From Laetmonice hystrix (Eukaryota): a stretch of DNA of 64,000 nucleotides. The notes below the pieces were generated by a model. It had not been told where the DNA came from and did not search any database. It saw nothing but the letters and a program-made list of their open reading frames with translations. Below are positions 1 through 12,409 of the stretch, piece by piece (the stretch's first letter is position 1; each line of letters opens with the position of its first letter). The position numbers and the translations under genes were made by a program. The stretch covers positions 29,884,001 through 29,948,000 of the forward strand of contig OZ249444.1 in the NCBI GenBank assembly GCA_965235115.1, read 5' to 3'.

Positions 1-1120
1 AAGCTATGGCCTAGTATATAATGTACTGTACAATGTTCCCCCAAGCTATGGCCTAGTATATAATGTACTGTACCATGCTCTCCCAAGCTATGTCCTAGTA
101 TATAAGGTACTGTAACATGCTCTCCCAAGCTATGGCCTAGTATATAATGCACTGTACCATGTTCTCCCAAGCTATGGCCTAGTATATAATGTACTGTAAC
201 ATGTTCTCCCAAGCTATATCCTAGTATATAATATACTGTAACATGTTCCCCCAAGCTATATCCTAGTATATAATATACTGTACCATGTTCCCCCAAGCTA
301 TGTCCTAGTATATAATGTACTGTAACATGTTCTCCCAAGCTACGGCCTAGTATATAATGTACTGTACCATGTTCCCCCAAGCTATGGCCTAGTATATAAT
401 GTACTGTAACATGTTCCCCAAGCTATGTCCTAGTATATAATGTACTGTACCATGTTCTCCCAAGCTATGTCCTAGTATATAATGTACTGTACCATGTTCC
501 CCCAAGCTATGTCCTAGTATATAATGTACTGTAACATGTTCCCCCAAGCTATGTCCTAGTATATAATGTACTGTACCATGTTCTACCAAGCTATGGCCTA
601 GTATATAAGGTACTGTATCATGTTCCCCCAAGCTATGTCCTAGTATATAAGGTACTGTACCATGTTCTCCCAAGCTATGGCCTAGTATATAATGTACTGT
701 ATCATGTTCCCCCAAGCTATGGCCTAGTATATAATGTACTGTACCATGTTCTCCCAAGCTATGGCCTAGTATATAATGTACTGTATCATGTTCCCCCAAG
801 CTATGGCCTAGTATATAATGTACTGTATCATGTTCCCCCAAGCTATGGCCTAGTATATAATGTACTGTACCATGTTCTCCCAAGCTATGGCCTAGTATAT
901 AATGTACTGTAACATGTTCCCCCAAGCTATGGCCTAGTATATAATGTACTGTATCATGTTCCCCCAAGCTATGGCCTAGTATATAATGTACTGTATCATG
1001 TTCCCCCAAGCTATGGCCTAGTATATAATGTACTGTACCATGTTCTCCCAAGCTATGGCCTAGTATATAATGTACTGTAACATGTTCCCCCAAGCTATGG
1101 CCTAGTATATAATGTACTGT
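1..1120. repeat. Minisatellite, 42-bp unit, about 27 copies (cut by window start)
   Basis: Unit AAGCTATGGCCTAGTATATAATGTACTGTACCATGTTCCCCC recurs at 1, 43 and onward. The 389-1165 ORF is its 14-aa translation. Confidence 0.97.
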
Positions 1121-1791
1121 GTAACATGTCAGGGACGATGGTATACATGTCGGAGCAGTAGACAAACACGTGGGCGCTATAATGATTCCCCTGTCTGTCT
1201 AGTTTCCTCTCACACCAATCTCACCATCGACGATTATTGTAATGTTTCTCTATTTTAGACCCTGCTGATAGCATTCCGGTGCACTGTTTAGCGAATTCTT
1301 TCTCCGTTGTCCTCATCTGTAAGAAGTTATTTACATTGCGGGCTGCAAGGACCACGCCTGAAACAGTGTAGATGTTAGTACTGGAGAAGGCTTGCAGTAA
1401 TTAATCCGCAACTAATGTACATGTAGTTCTTCATGTCGCTAGTGTTTTTAACAAAGGGCGGTGCTGGGCACGTGATTCGCCCAGTCGGATCATTGATTCT
1501 GGCCTACAATGACAGAGTGGATTTAGGCTGAGAGATACAAAAAAAACTGAGAATACGTCGGGTACAAATCATGGAGACTGACCGAGTCAGGTGTTTCTGA
1601 CTAGTTAAGAAAATCCACACAGAAAGATGGCTTTGCTGATAGAATATACAACAGAAGAGTGGTGCGCACAAATCTTTTGAAATGTCACGCTTTATGCTAA
1701 TGCTTGAAATCAATTCTTTGGAGATATCAGGCACGTGGTGTTGGAATTGTTTGGAAGCATCAGGCGAGAGATTTTTTTGCTGCTCGTGTTA

Positions 1792-2573
1792 CATCTTTGG
1801 AGGTCATCAGACGTGAGGTGTTGCCATTATAATTGTATCTTTGGAGGTCATCAGACGTGAGGTGTTGCCATTATAATTGTATCTTTGGAGGTCATCAGAC
1901 GTGAGGTGTTGCCATTATAATTGTATCTTTGGAGGTCATCAGACGTCAGTTGTTGCCATTATAATTGTATCTTTAGAGGTCATCAGACGTCAGTTGTTGC
2001 CATTATAATTGTATCTTTAGAGGTCATCAGACGTGAGGTGTTGCCATTATAATTGTATCTTTGGAGACGTCAGACGTAAGGTGTTGCCATTATAATTGTA
2101 TCTTTGGAGGTCATCAGACGTGAGGTGTTGCCATTATAATTGTATCTTTGGAGGTCATCAGACGTGAGGTGTTGCCATTATAATTGTATCTTTAGAGGTC
2201 ATCAGACGTGAGGTGTTGCCATTATAATTGTATCTTTAGAGGTCATCAGACGTGAGGTGTTGCCATTATAATTGTATCTTTAGAGGTCATCAGACGTGAG
2301 TTGTTGCCATTATAATTGTATCTTTAGAGGCTATCAGACGTGAGGGTTGCCATTATAATTGTATCTTTGGAGGTCATCAGACGTGAGGTGTTGCCATTAT
2401 AATTGTATCTTTGGAGGTCATCAGACGTGAGTTGTTGCCATTATAATTGTATCTTTGGAGGTCATCAGACGTGAGGTGTTGCCATTATAATTGTATCTTT
2501 GGAGACGTCAGACGTAAGGTGTTGCCATTATGACTTCATGTTTGGAGGCATCAGACGTGAGTTGTTGCCATTA
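1792..2573. repeat. Minisatellite, 44-bp unit, about 18 copies
   Basis: Unit ATCTTTGGAGGTCATCAGACGTGAGGTGTTGCCATTATAATTGT, period 44 (AGGTCA at 1801 and 1845). Confidence 0.97.
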
Positions 2574-3320
2574 TTCCTCTAAAGGTAACAGACTTTAGAC
2601 TGCGTGCCATTGTTTGTTTTAAAGGCGTGAGATATTCTCGATTCGGAACCTTTGCCAGAACCGTGTCCTTTAACAAATATTTATCGTGCCCCCCGCGTAC
2701 ACTGATACCCGACACACGGTCATACCACCGTTACCTTGCTATATCATATCCTACCCGCAGGTAATTGGTCCGTTCTGGGATTGTGTGTCACGTGATACAC
2801 TCAATCTGGATCAGGTTAAGTATGTCGACAAAGGTGAAAAAAGGATGATCACTAGAATTAAGCTGATATGTGAGATGAGTCCTGATTGACGACAGCGCCA
2901 TCTGGCGGTCGGTGATGAGACGCCGTGTGCACTGGTCACGTGATCGTCAGAAACTGGAGTGGCAGGGAGCAGTCGATATTAGAATCCGGTCAGAATGTTG
3001 GGGGAGGGGGCCCAGGTGTATCAGGTTAATTCGGTCAACATGCACACTCAGAGCTTGGAATGCAGGGGAAACGAGACAAAGATGATTGTGAGTATAATGA
3101 TTATGATAATGTTGTCGAATGATATGAGATACTTATGATGATGAGAAAATGAATGGTCCCTTTTCTTTGAGAACCTGTGGAAGTGGATTGTGGAAGCTTA
3201 CGAAAATACCCCATTCGCCAGAGACATCGGTCGGTGAGATGCTGAACTGGCTCTGTCCGTGCCAGTTTCAAGGATGTGCATACATGACGTACAGGTGAAG
3301 GGAGATCTTCAAATCTCCTG

Positions 3321-3444
3321 GGCCCGGTTCCTAAAAACTTGCGATTTTGCTTAAGCTTAAGCTTAACGATTGTGATTGGCTGGTCTGCTTAGACCAGCCA
3401 ATCAGAAGCGTTAAGCTTAAGCAAGATCTTAAGTTAACTGGGCC
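3321..3444. mobile_element. MITE, probable PIF/Harbinger-type (CWG-flanked)
   Basis: Termini GGCCCGGTT...AACTGGGCC flanked by CTG and CAG. The interior is a long imperfect palindrome (GCTTAAGCTTAACG...CGTTAAGCTTAAGC). The superfamily is inferred from GGCC termini and a CWG target. Confidence 0.75.
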
Positions 3445-3447
3445 CAG

Positions 3448-3531
3448 GGCCCGGTTCACAAACAAAGTCAAGTCAATTTTAATTTTACTTGAATCTGATT
3501 GGTTAAATGGACTTTGTTTGTGAACTGGGCC
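3448..3531. mobile_element. Second MITE with the same termini, directly abutting the first
   Basis: GGCCCGGTTCACAAACAAAGTC...GACTTTGTTTGTGAACTGGGCC (22-bp TIR, one mismatch), flanked by CAG on both sides. Confidence 0.8.
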
Positions 3532-3960
3532 CAGGAGCTGTCAGTCAGTAAGGTATGAGTGTTGACATTTCCGAGACAAGCCGGTCTTGTATAACCGTCC
3601 GAGAAGCAGCCACACAGTCGCCCAGGGGTTGGAGTATTTCACACGACAAACTGTCCATTGTCACAGTGACTTCAACAATGCTTTCATATGAAGTGCCTTA
3701 AAGATGCTGGCCAAATGTCTCTGCGCGGCGCAGGGAGTGACAGAGTATTCAGAGGCCCCAATCAGCACTGAGACGTCTACTGCCGTGAATATCACGGAGA
3801 AAGGAGCAGAGCGACACCTTTTAAACCATATTTTGTGAGATTCGGATTAAATGTGTTAATCCCACAAGTACGCTTTCACACGTGAGCCTCCGTTAATAAA
3901 CAACTGCAGTCTGAAAAAGAAATGAAAAAGACGCGTACGAAATACGGAAGAGCCGGTACG

Positions 3961-4155
3961 AATCCGCTAATCCGACTGTCCTTGCGACGTCCATACGGTT
4001 TATGATTTAAAGGTGGGATCTCCCTATAAAAATGTTGCAGGGGGTCATTCCATGTGTCTGGAATGGGAGTCATCCTTTAATCTTAAAATCACAGTGAAAT
4101 GAAAGGGTGATGTCAAAATGGCATGGACGTCGCAGGACAATCGCCTTAGTGGATT
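3961..4155 (+). mobile_element. About 195-bp dispersed MITE-like family (AAGGCGATT TIR), copy 1
   Basis: AATCCGCTAATCCGACTGTCCTTGCGACGTCC...GGACGTCGCAGGACAATCGCCTTAGTGGATT. The body aligns by eye with copies at 43750 and 58912. Confidence 0.75.
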
Positions 4156-4676
4156 GGCCCTTGGTGACCCATCACTGAAAGAATCTGTAGGCTCAGTCAG
4201 AGACACTATTGAAACTATTGAAGGAGACTTGAATCCTTCGCCCCCGCCAAACCGGCTGTAATCTCTCAAAGCGCATTCCACCCCTAGCTGACCATTAAAT
4301 AACAGGTCTACATCAACACTGTATGTGTGTCCAACACTCCGGTGGTGTGTATCAAATTAATCATTGGAATAGTAAATCCCTGAGAATCCAGGTCAAGTCT
4401 GAGTAATTATCTTCACTGCTCCGAGTCGGCAGCGAGCAAGGTTAAAGAGTAAACAGTTATGGCTAGAGACATGATGAGAGGAGCTGTGAAGTTGGAATAC
4501 CGACAGAGAGTGTTGGGTAGACCAAAGGTTGGAAACTGTCCATAGGTTTTCTGTGTCAGCGTGGATCACGTATGTGACAGGTCTTTGATGGAACTGAATG
4601 AGCTCACATCTCCACGTTCAAACCGGCCATGGACGGCAAGAAAATCGGCAATAAACCCGGGGGTTTACATTGGTTC

Positions 4677-4851
4677 ACGGACACTGAAAGTCCACAGTAA
4701 AGTGTGGGTTTAGTGATAACGGACACTGACAGTCGACAGTAAAGTGTGAGTTTAGTGATAACGGACACTGACAGTCGACAGTAAAGTGTGAGTTTAGTGA
4801 TAACGGACACTGACAGTCGACAGTAAAGTGTGAGTTTAGTGATAACGGACA
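4677..4851. repeat. Minisatellite, 42-bp unit, 4 copies
   Basis: Unit ACGGACACTGACAGTCGACAGTAAAGTGTGAGTTTAGTGATA. Confidence 0.95.
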
Positions 4852-5494
4852 CGGAAATTCCGGTAAATTCCTAGGGTAACTTCTGCCCAAAACTCGGTGG
4901 TTACAAGTAAAAGTCTAGAACAATTCTAAGCATGTTACCACAGTGGGGGGGGGGGGGGGAGGTCGCTGGTAATTAACGTGTCGTGGAAACCGTGCCTCAG
5001 GCTGGCGTCGTAATTAACAAACATCTTCTATCCCTCATTATCAGGGAAAATGTTTGTGCCCCTGCTTTGCACTTAGCTCTTATTTTGCTGCCATTGATGT
5101 GAAAGGTTGCGGACTAAGTCGAGCCGAGAGTTTAGATCTGGCGCCCTTGACTGACAGGTCCGGATAATCTCTACTCCCATGACAACTTAATCCGGCAGAG
5201 AGAAATAGAAACTCCAATCAAAGACAGAGAGGTCAATCATTCAGATGGTCCTACAAATGGCTGGAGATGTTCCTGTCGTCCGCTAGATGGCGCGCGTGTC
5301 TGCGGTCAGTGACAGCATGGTATCATGGTTAGCCATTTCACTCACTTTCAATTCATCACCCTTGACTAGGCCGAAACATGGTGACATTATAATCGACATT
5401 ATTTAAATCGGGAGTAGAATTACGTGGCGGAGAGACTTGCCATCTGGAGATGTAAGTGAATGAGTTGGTTGTGGTCAAGGTCATATGTGGTCGG

Positions 5495-5742
5495 GAGGGT
5501 CGGGGAAAGTCGGTTTAGATCGGTGGTGGTAGGGGAGGGTCGGTGATGGTCGGGGAGGGTCGGTGGTGGTCGGGAGGGTCGGTGGTGGTCCGGGAGGGTC
5601 GGTGGTGGTAGGGGAGGGTCGGTGATGGTCGGGGAGGGTCGGTGGTGGTCGGGAGGGTCGGTGGTGGTCGGGAGGGTCGGTGGTGGTCGGGGAGGGTCGG
5701 AGGTGGTCGGGGAGGGTCGGAGGTGGTCGGGGAGGGTCGGTT
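5495..5742. repeat. G-rich short tandem repeat (GGTCGGGGAGGGTCGGTGGT-like, about 20 bp)
   Basis: Directly visible. It explains the Pro/Thr-rich ORFs 5420-5869 and 5481-5942. Confidence 0.92.
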
Positions 5743-6779
5743 TTGTTCGGTAGGTGCTTGGTCGAGTCAGAGTATAGCGTGCCAACATGTGGGGCATTGA
5801 CAGTCGGTGGTTCATAACATGCACCAAGTGTAGCGACCCGAGTGTTTTCTCGTGGACTTGACAGCACATCTACCATATAATGATCAGCCATGGGCAATGG
5901 GCCATCGCCGCGCTCCGTCCTCCCGGCCGTAATGGCTCTCACTTCCGGTTAAATTACCACATAGCGTCCCGTCAGGAGGCGTTGACCTTCTAGCCTCGGT
6001 TTGGGACGTAGAACACAACCGTATTAATGTTTTTGTGCAGTGTCTCCCATATAACGAGGCTGGAATAACGACTGGCGTTTGATAGCTTTGCTCACATTGT
6101 TACTGGCATGTATATCAAACGGTACACAACCACCGTGATGGCTGAATTTATTTGCCTTGCCTTCTACCAATCAGGGTTTACCTTCAAAAGGCGGTTTGTG
6201 GTTGGTTGATGGTTTAGTCCAATGCGATAAAGAAAAGAGGAACACTGGTAACATTGGCTTGCCCAGACGTATAGTATGTGGTTTTACTTGGCGACATGAG
6301 GTTAGGAGTCTATACATCAGTCCTTTTATATAGACGTCAGTGCCACATAAATCAGGAGGTTGGAAGGGAGGATGGATCGGATGCTTCGGCTTAATCCTAG
6401 TTGGATAAAAGAGTTAAACCCATAGTTATCCCTAGTGTAGGGTATGCCGATAGGTAATGTATAATGCATTGAAACCTCTTGTAATAGTCTCCCAAAAATA
6501 TGCAATGGCCTCATAAACCCAGCTTCATCAAATCCACATCCGAAATTATTCCAGTTACCCCCTTCCTCAACATACATGCCCTCCCCAAAATATAACAAAA
6601 ATCCAGAAAAGCATGGGTGTGCCACTAGAAATGTTCTACAAGATGTATTACAAGACGGTGTTAAATCACACGGTATCTTACATGGTTGTTGCTCAGAGAT
6701 TAATGTATGTTTATGATCCTCACGCCGACTGAGATTGTCTCAGGTGGTTAAGATACCAGTTCTTCTTTTTATTCTCAAC

Positions 6780-7290
6780 GTCAAAGAACTTAGGAGAGAT
6801 GTAAGATTTAGTATTCCTAGGAACCACGCAGACAGCAGCTACAAAAAGTCTAGGAAAATTGTTATGGATGCTGATACAGAACAAGGCATAAACTCAATGT
6901 AGAGGACGGATGAAGATTTATGACAACCTTCACCTGCCGGATATACAATAATATATAACAGATTTCTCGGATAAAATGAACCTTGGGTCCGCTGAGATGG
7001 GAAGAGTGAACTTGATCATCGAATATGAAATCGTTGAGTATGGTAACAAAATGATTAGCCAATCCTGGTACCTACCATGCCACAGATTTTGCTGTGTTAC
7101 ATCAAAGATCACCATATTTGATCTTGTATCATGCGTCACTAGATTTCTCCATTCATTAGTGTCAAGAAAAGATAGTTGGTTTCCATGGAGACGATTTACC
7201 GCAGTGCCGTTTCTTTAGAGTTCCATATGATTCCCAGCTGCCAGTGAGGCGACGACAGGAATTCTCTTAGACCGCTAACAATAGCACACA
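6780..7290 (+). pseudogene. Possible decayed Penelope-like retroelement GIY-YIG endonuclease fragment
   Basis: Stop- and frameshift-riddled translation gives ENCYGC ... TTFTCRIYNNI*QISRIK ... DHHI ... QEKI ... VRRRQEF. This follows the usual order of the Penelope endonuclease region (CxxC; FTCxSxNVIYxIxC; DHS; LEKI; RRxREEFW). Recognised by eye only. Confidence 0.4.
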
Positions 7291-7500
7291 GCAGTGGTTG
7301 AGTGATATGTTTTACAGTAAGGTATATCAACTAAAATCACATGAGTTATAGTTCAGACTGGAAGGGTGTTCAGATGACATGCCTTCATACAGCAATGGAT
7401 GAGTGATATGTTTTACAGTAAGGTATATCAACTAAAATCACGAGAGTTCAGTCTGGAAGGGGTTTCAGATGTCATACCGTCGTTCAGCAGTGGTTGAGGG
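7290..7500. repeat. About 100-bp direct tandem duplication (2 diverged copies)
   Basis: CAGCAGTGGTTGAGTGATATGTTTACAGTAAGGTATATCAACTAAAATCAC...TGGAAGGG..TTCAGATG occurs twice. Confidence 0.85.
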
Positions 7501-8094
7501 GTATATTGTTTTTCTTCAAAAATCCATATGATTTCCACGTGCTATTTACGCACGTTAAGAACCTTGGTTTGAGAACAATATCAGAGTTCCTTGTAGCTCT
7601 GAGACACTACCCCTAGTTATTAGTTTGTAAAGGTAGATTACATTTACCTTGTGAGGAGGTATGGGATGCTAGCAGCAGCAGAGGCAATGACCACACCCAT
7701 TTATCATTATTTACACCCTATCGATGGAGTTGTGTTATTAGCCCCAGCCCAGCGTCCACGGCCCTGATATCCGATCTGCAGTAAACAGACAGGTGATGAT
7801 TGCTGGGTGTGGGCCTCAAGGTGGTGGTAATCTCTACTCCTGATTAAAGGGTACAGAGGGGTATTTCACTGCCGACCTCTGACCCGCCCTCTAATATTGT
7901 CAAGGAGGGTGGTGGTCGGGGTATTTACTTATATCTCACCATGGTTACTCTTCAAATATGTTTTACTGATAGTTCTTGAAATATTTTTCGCCAGGAGTTG
8001 AAACCGATGGGGCACGGCTGCCTTAGAGAGAATTGATGTATAGGCTATTATAGGTGTATTGATATAGAGTGTGATTCAGTATGGTCTTTCTGAA

Positions 8095-8458
8095 AGGAAG
8101 GTGTTTTGACGTCAGAAAGGACGGTGTTTTGACGTCAGCAAGGATGGTGTTTTAACGCAAGAAAGGAGGGTGTTTTGACGTCAGAAAGGACGGTGTTTTG
8201 ACGTCAGAAAGACGGTGTTTTGACGTCAGAAAGGAAGGTGTTTTGACGTCAGAAAGGACGGTGTTTTGACGTCAGAAAGACGGTGTTTTGACGTCAGAAA
8301 GGACGGTGTTTTGACGTCAGCAAGGATGGTGTTTTAACGCAAGAAAGGAGGGTGTTTTGACGTCAGAAAGGAAGGTGTTTTGACGTCAGAAAGGACGGTG
8401 TTTTGACGTCAGAAAGACGGTGTTTTGACGTCAGAAAGGACGGTGTTTTGACGTCAGA
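8095..8458. repeat. Minisatellite, 22-23-bp unit, about 16 copies, 14 containing TGACGTCA
   Basis: Unit GTGTTTTGACGTCAGAAAGGACG. Confidence 0.96.
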
Positions 8459-10283
8459 GGGGTTGGGTGTTTGACGCTATGACTTTGATCGTGGTGTTTT
8501 ACTCCCATCGTCTGTGGTTATACACTCTCCCCCCACCCCACCCTCCCTTCCACCGCCGGTCTGGTATCGTTTGGTAATCACATCGCAGTCTTCACTACCT
8601 AAGGTTATATATCTGGTGTAACAAGTTTACTCACTATATTTTATATCACTGTGTCACTAAGGTAGGTTATATGATACCAGACTAAGAGTATATCTGGCAC
8701 ATGCAGTCGCCGGGCACGGTCGGTTATCTCCAGTTTTTATACTGTCTGGTGTCACGAAGGTTACTAACATATAACTGATGACACCTGGAGTAGTCCCTCT
8801 GCGGGGAGATCCGCTAACATAGACTGCGGCGGCCGGATGTGTTGTCCCAACCAGTTTCCGGTTCGCGGATGACGACCCCTGCATAATTTTCCAGATATCT
8901 GCTCCGATACATCTGGGGCTAGAGTACAGGTGTGTCGAATGTGGGTGTGTTTAAGGAGGGGGTGGTAAGACAGACAGAGACTGACAGACAGACATTTGAG
9001 AGAGATACAGGGAGAGTGGGAGAGTGTCTTGAGTTGAAGCCACATTTCATGAAGTCTACGGATTGGTTTTTCTCCTATCCGACCATAGAAACCCCCTATA
9101 TATAAATGGAAGGTTCTACCTGCAACAGCGCTGGTCGCCTTTTTTCATTTGTGCGACATTTCTAACACAACCATTTCTCAGCCGACCTCTTTCCCTAAAT
9201 TTTGTTTCATTCAAATTCACTGATACTCGACCATACCAAGCATGTAAGAGACGTCAAGAAATGATGATGTGAAATGCCTCCTTAAGGTTTTCTGCGCCCG
9301 CTCTGATTGGTTGGTGGTATGATTCACACTGACATGGCATGGCATGTCGTGCGGCCGGGAGAAGTTATTACAATCAGAGACATGCCCCCACCACCAGCCC
9401 GCCCCAAGTTAAACACAAACCACATAATACGGTCTGATGGTGTTTGATATGGTGGAGGGAGGAGGTAAGATGGCGGTTAGACACGAGGATGATTGCTCCC
9501 TACAGGAAAGACGACTGAAGCAGATGTTGTAGAAACGACGTCAGTTGTTTCAAACACGCAAATGATGGTGTCGGCTTGCATGTTGTCACACAAGGAGCAA
9601 AAATGGGGAGAAAATTGGAAACACTTTGAAGCCGAAACTCATTGTTACAGATCATTTGTTAGAAGACAAGCCAATAAGTTTAGCCCTTATTGATGATTAT
9701 CCACGTCAGTGTGCCCATTATTAACTTGAAAATCCATCACCGTGAACATCTGTGTGGACGTCAAAAATTGTATGAAAAATGTGCCTCGCCACGGATTATT
9801 TATCGATGATTGCCTTTAGAACACAATAGGTTAAGAAACCTCGGCGGCCACTGATAACGTCAGGGAGACAGCTACGGCCGGAAAAATAAACTACAACCGT
9901 TCATGTTGTAACTCTGTGAAGTTCTCCCATTAAACGCCGCTGGTAGTCTGCCAATCGGGCATTTATCATCGAGGTGGATTCATGAGGGAAGGGATTACCT
10001 TCAGACATTTATCAGAGAAAATAAATGAAATGAGTGGGTTGGATAGATTAATTCCTCTCAGAAGGAAGGATCAGTCTCATTCTGACCGGAAGTAGATGTA
10101 GCTCCTTGCGGGACATGCATTTAGTCATGCACCAAAAATAAAATTCTCGTCGCTAAATGAAAACTTGAGGAAGCAATTTTGTAGGATGGTGAATACTTTT
10201 CTAATAATAATCAGCGATATAAATTCCATACATGCGATGTTCCATGAGTTTTTTAATTTTTATAGTTTTCACAGTGTTTTGTA

Positions 10284-10693
10284 CGGAGCCCTGTTGGGGA
10301 CATGAAGAAAAAAATCGTTTCAGAGAAAATAAATTGTGGTGATCTCGAAATTACCACTTAGTGACGTCATTAACTCGTTATTACGACTTAATGACGTCAC
10401 TAAGTGGTAATTTCGAGATCATCACAAAAAATTTTCCTTGAAACGAACAGATTCTTTCAGTGATGGGTCACCAAGGGCCAATCCACTAAGGCGATTGTCC
10501 TGCGACGTCCATGCCATTTTGACATCACCATTTCATTTCACTATGATTTTAAGATCACCACAATTCTTTTTCTCTGAAACGATCGCGACTTAGTGACGTC
10601 ATTAAGTCGTAATAACGAGTTAATGACGTCACTAAGTGATAATTTCGAGATCACCACAATTTGTTTTCTCTTCATGTCCCTAACAGGGCTCCG
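10284..10693. mobile_element. TA-flanked palindromic MITE with internal rearrangement and a foreign insert
   Basis: TA|CGGAGCCCTGTTGGGGACATGAAG...CTTCATGTCCCTAACAGGGCTCCG|TA. There is an internal hairpin with an about 40-bp stem at 10335-10430 and a second copy of it in the right half. Confidence 0.85.
10447..10555 (-). other. 109-bp inverted copy of 4080-4188 inserted inside the MITE
   Basis: Reverse complement of 4080-4188 with 2 mismatches, including about 33 bp of sequence flanking the AAGGCGATT element. Confidence 0.85.
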
Positions 10694-12409
10694 TAGTTTT
10701 GTATAAAGTAACCCTAGATTCCTGTATAATTAATTGGAGAGGATTAAATGTTGACGGCTATAGTTTTCCTAATTTCCTATATGGCTCGACTATTACCACT
10801 TGCGAGAGAGAAAATCTCTTCTTTCCAATGACAATATAGCTCCCACTAGGATAAGCCCTGTAGTTTACTGCTTCTGGGCGTGGGAATGGTTAATGAGTAA
10901 CCTATATTAACTTTTATTCTATAGACAAATCGGTAATGATCCGATTTCCAGTGTCTGTTACGGGGTTGTGTATGTACGTGGTGATACCTTGTCTACAATA
11001 GACTCTCGCCTGACCTCACGGCAGTGGCAGACCAGCGCCGCAGACAATCAACATTATGGCTGGTAATTTCCTGATGGGATACAGTCTCCTTGTTAATGTG
11101 TAACACGATTCACACACAGAACGTTACCGGATCATTTCATTCTCATCGTACATATAGGTGATACCGCCGCTCCGCACACCGACCCGACCCGATCCGACCC
11201 GACCCGACCGATCCCTGACTGTCATGACAATTATCACAAGTCCGCACGAGTAGGGGATGGCCAACAACCAGTCAACATGGCTGACATTGACACTAAAGCC
11301 GATAATCTTATCAAATGAAATGGTTTTATAATTTCTCTTTGTGACCTTTTCAAAATGAACTGCAAGCATATTTCCCTTGTGACAATAAGCATGCCTTCTT
11401 GTTCATCTCGAAGCTGGCCCATGATTACAGTGAGACATTTTTCCGGATGGCTGATACTGATAGGAGTGTATGCCAAAGTCAAGAGATACAAATCAAATAT
11501 AAGTCGTTCACATCGTCCAAAGGCCGACCTGTATACGGTCACCATAGACTCAGGACCATGTGGTCCCGATGGGAACCCTCCCGACCCAAACATGCAAATC
11601 AGATATCAATTGAAATATTATGGAAAACGACTTCATTAAAAGTGACTTTGTGCACTTCGGGTTCGTTTCTTTCCCGGTCATTGAATCAATTGTTGTTTTT
11701 TATGTGACAACTCTAAGCCCAGGGAATCGTTGCTGGTGGCGACATCGAATCGACAGGTGGGCTATTATTCATATTGCATGATAATTGTCAACCGTGTTCT
11801 GATAAAAGAAAGCTTTAATTGATTCCTGTACGTATCATGATCAGGTCGTTTATTCTGAATTTGAATTTGTGAATAGCATGAAATGCATTATCATTGTACT
11901 GAGCCTTGTGTAAACCGTGTAAAGAAATTTGACTGTCAAATCAGCTGCATTCATTTCGACACGGTAATCATGATATGGAATTTGCGTTTGCACTTGCCCT
12001 ATTAACCCTCGAGAGGATTATTTAGTAGATGTCGTTGATGCATCATATTAATTTCTGAATGAGAAATATTGGCGATAACATTAAGTTATTGTAACGTGGA
12101 AGCCAGTTATATCTCCAACTTGGAGCAATCACTTGCTGATAAATTCATGTAGAATGACGAACTTCATTCGCCATCGGGACCCTTAGCTGAACGAGTCTCC
12201 TGGAGCCTTTCTTCAAAATTTACAATTGTGAAAATAATGTGCAAACGTAACTGTGTAAAAGCAATCCTTAGCCAGAATTTCACCGAAAGAGAGAAAGCAG
12301 CTTTGCGCGTTTTCAACAATGTGTGTTTTGTTGAGATGCACTTTGAGTTGATAGTTTTTGAGCTGCCAGAGGTAAGCTGCCAGAGGTTTATTTTACAGCT
12401 GTGACGAAA

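Noticed and set aside
389-1165. 258-aa His-rich ORF
   Set aside because: Pure translation of the 42-bp minisatellite, with no domain or splice context.
6326-6625. 99-aa minus-strand ORF (GNWNNFGCGFDEAG...) as a real exon
   Set aside because: It looks protein-like and has a possible acceptor, but I recognise no family or donor, and the opposite strand has a competing weak Penelope-like reading.
11234-11707. Three overlapping 94-119-aa ORFs as a transposase fragment
   Set aside because: No DDE, zinc-finger or other motif could be identified in any frame.
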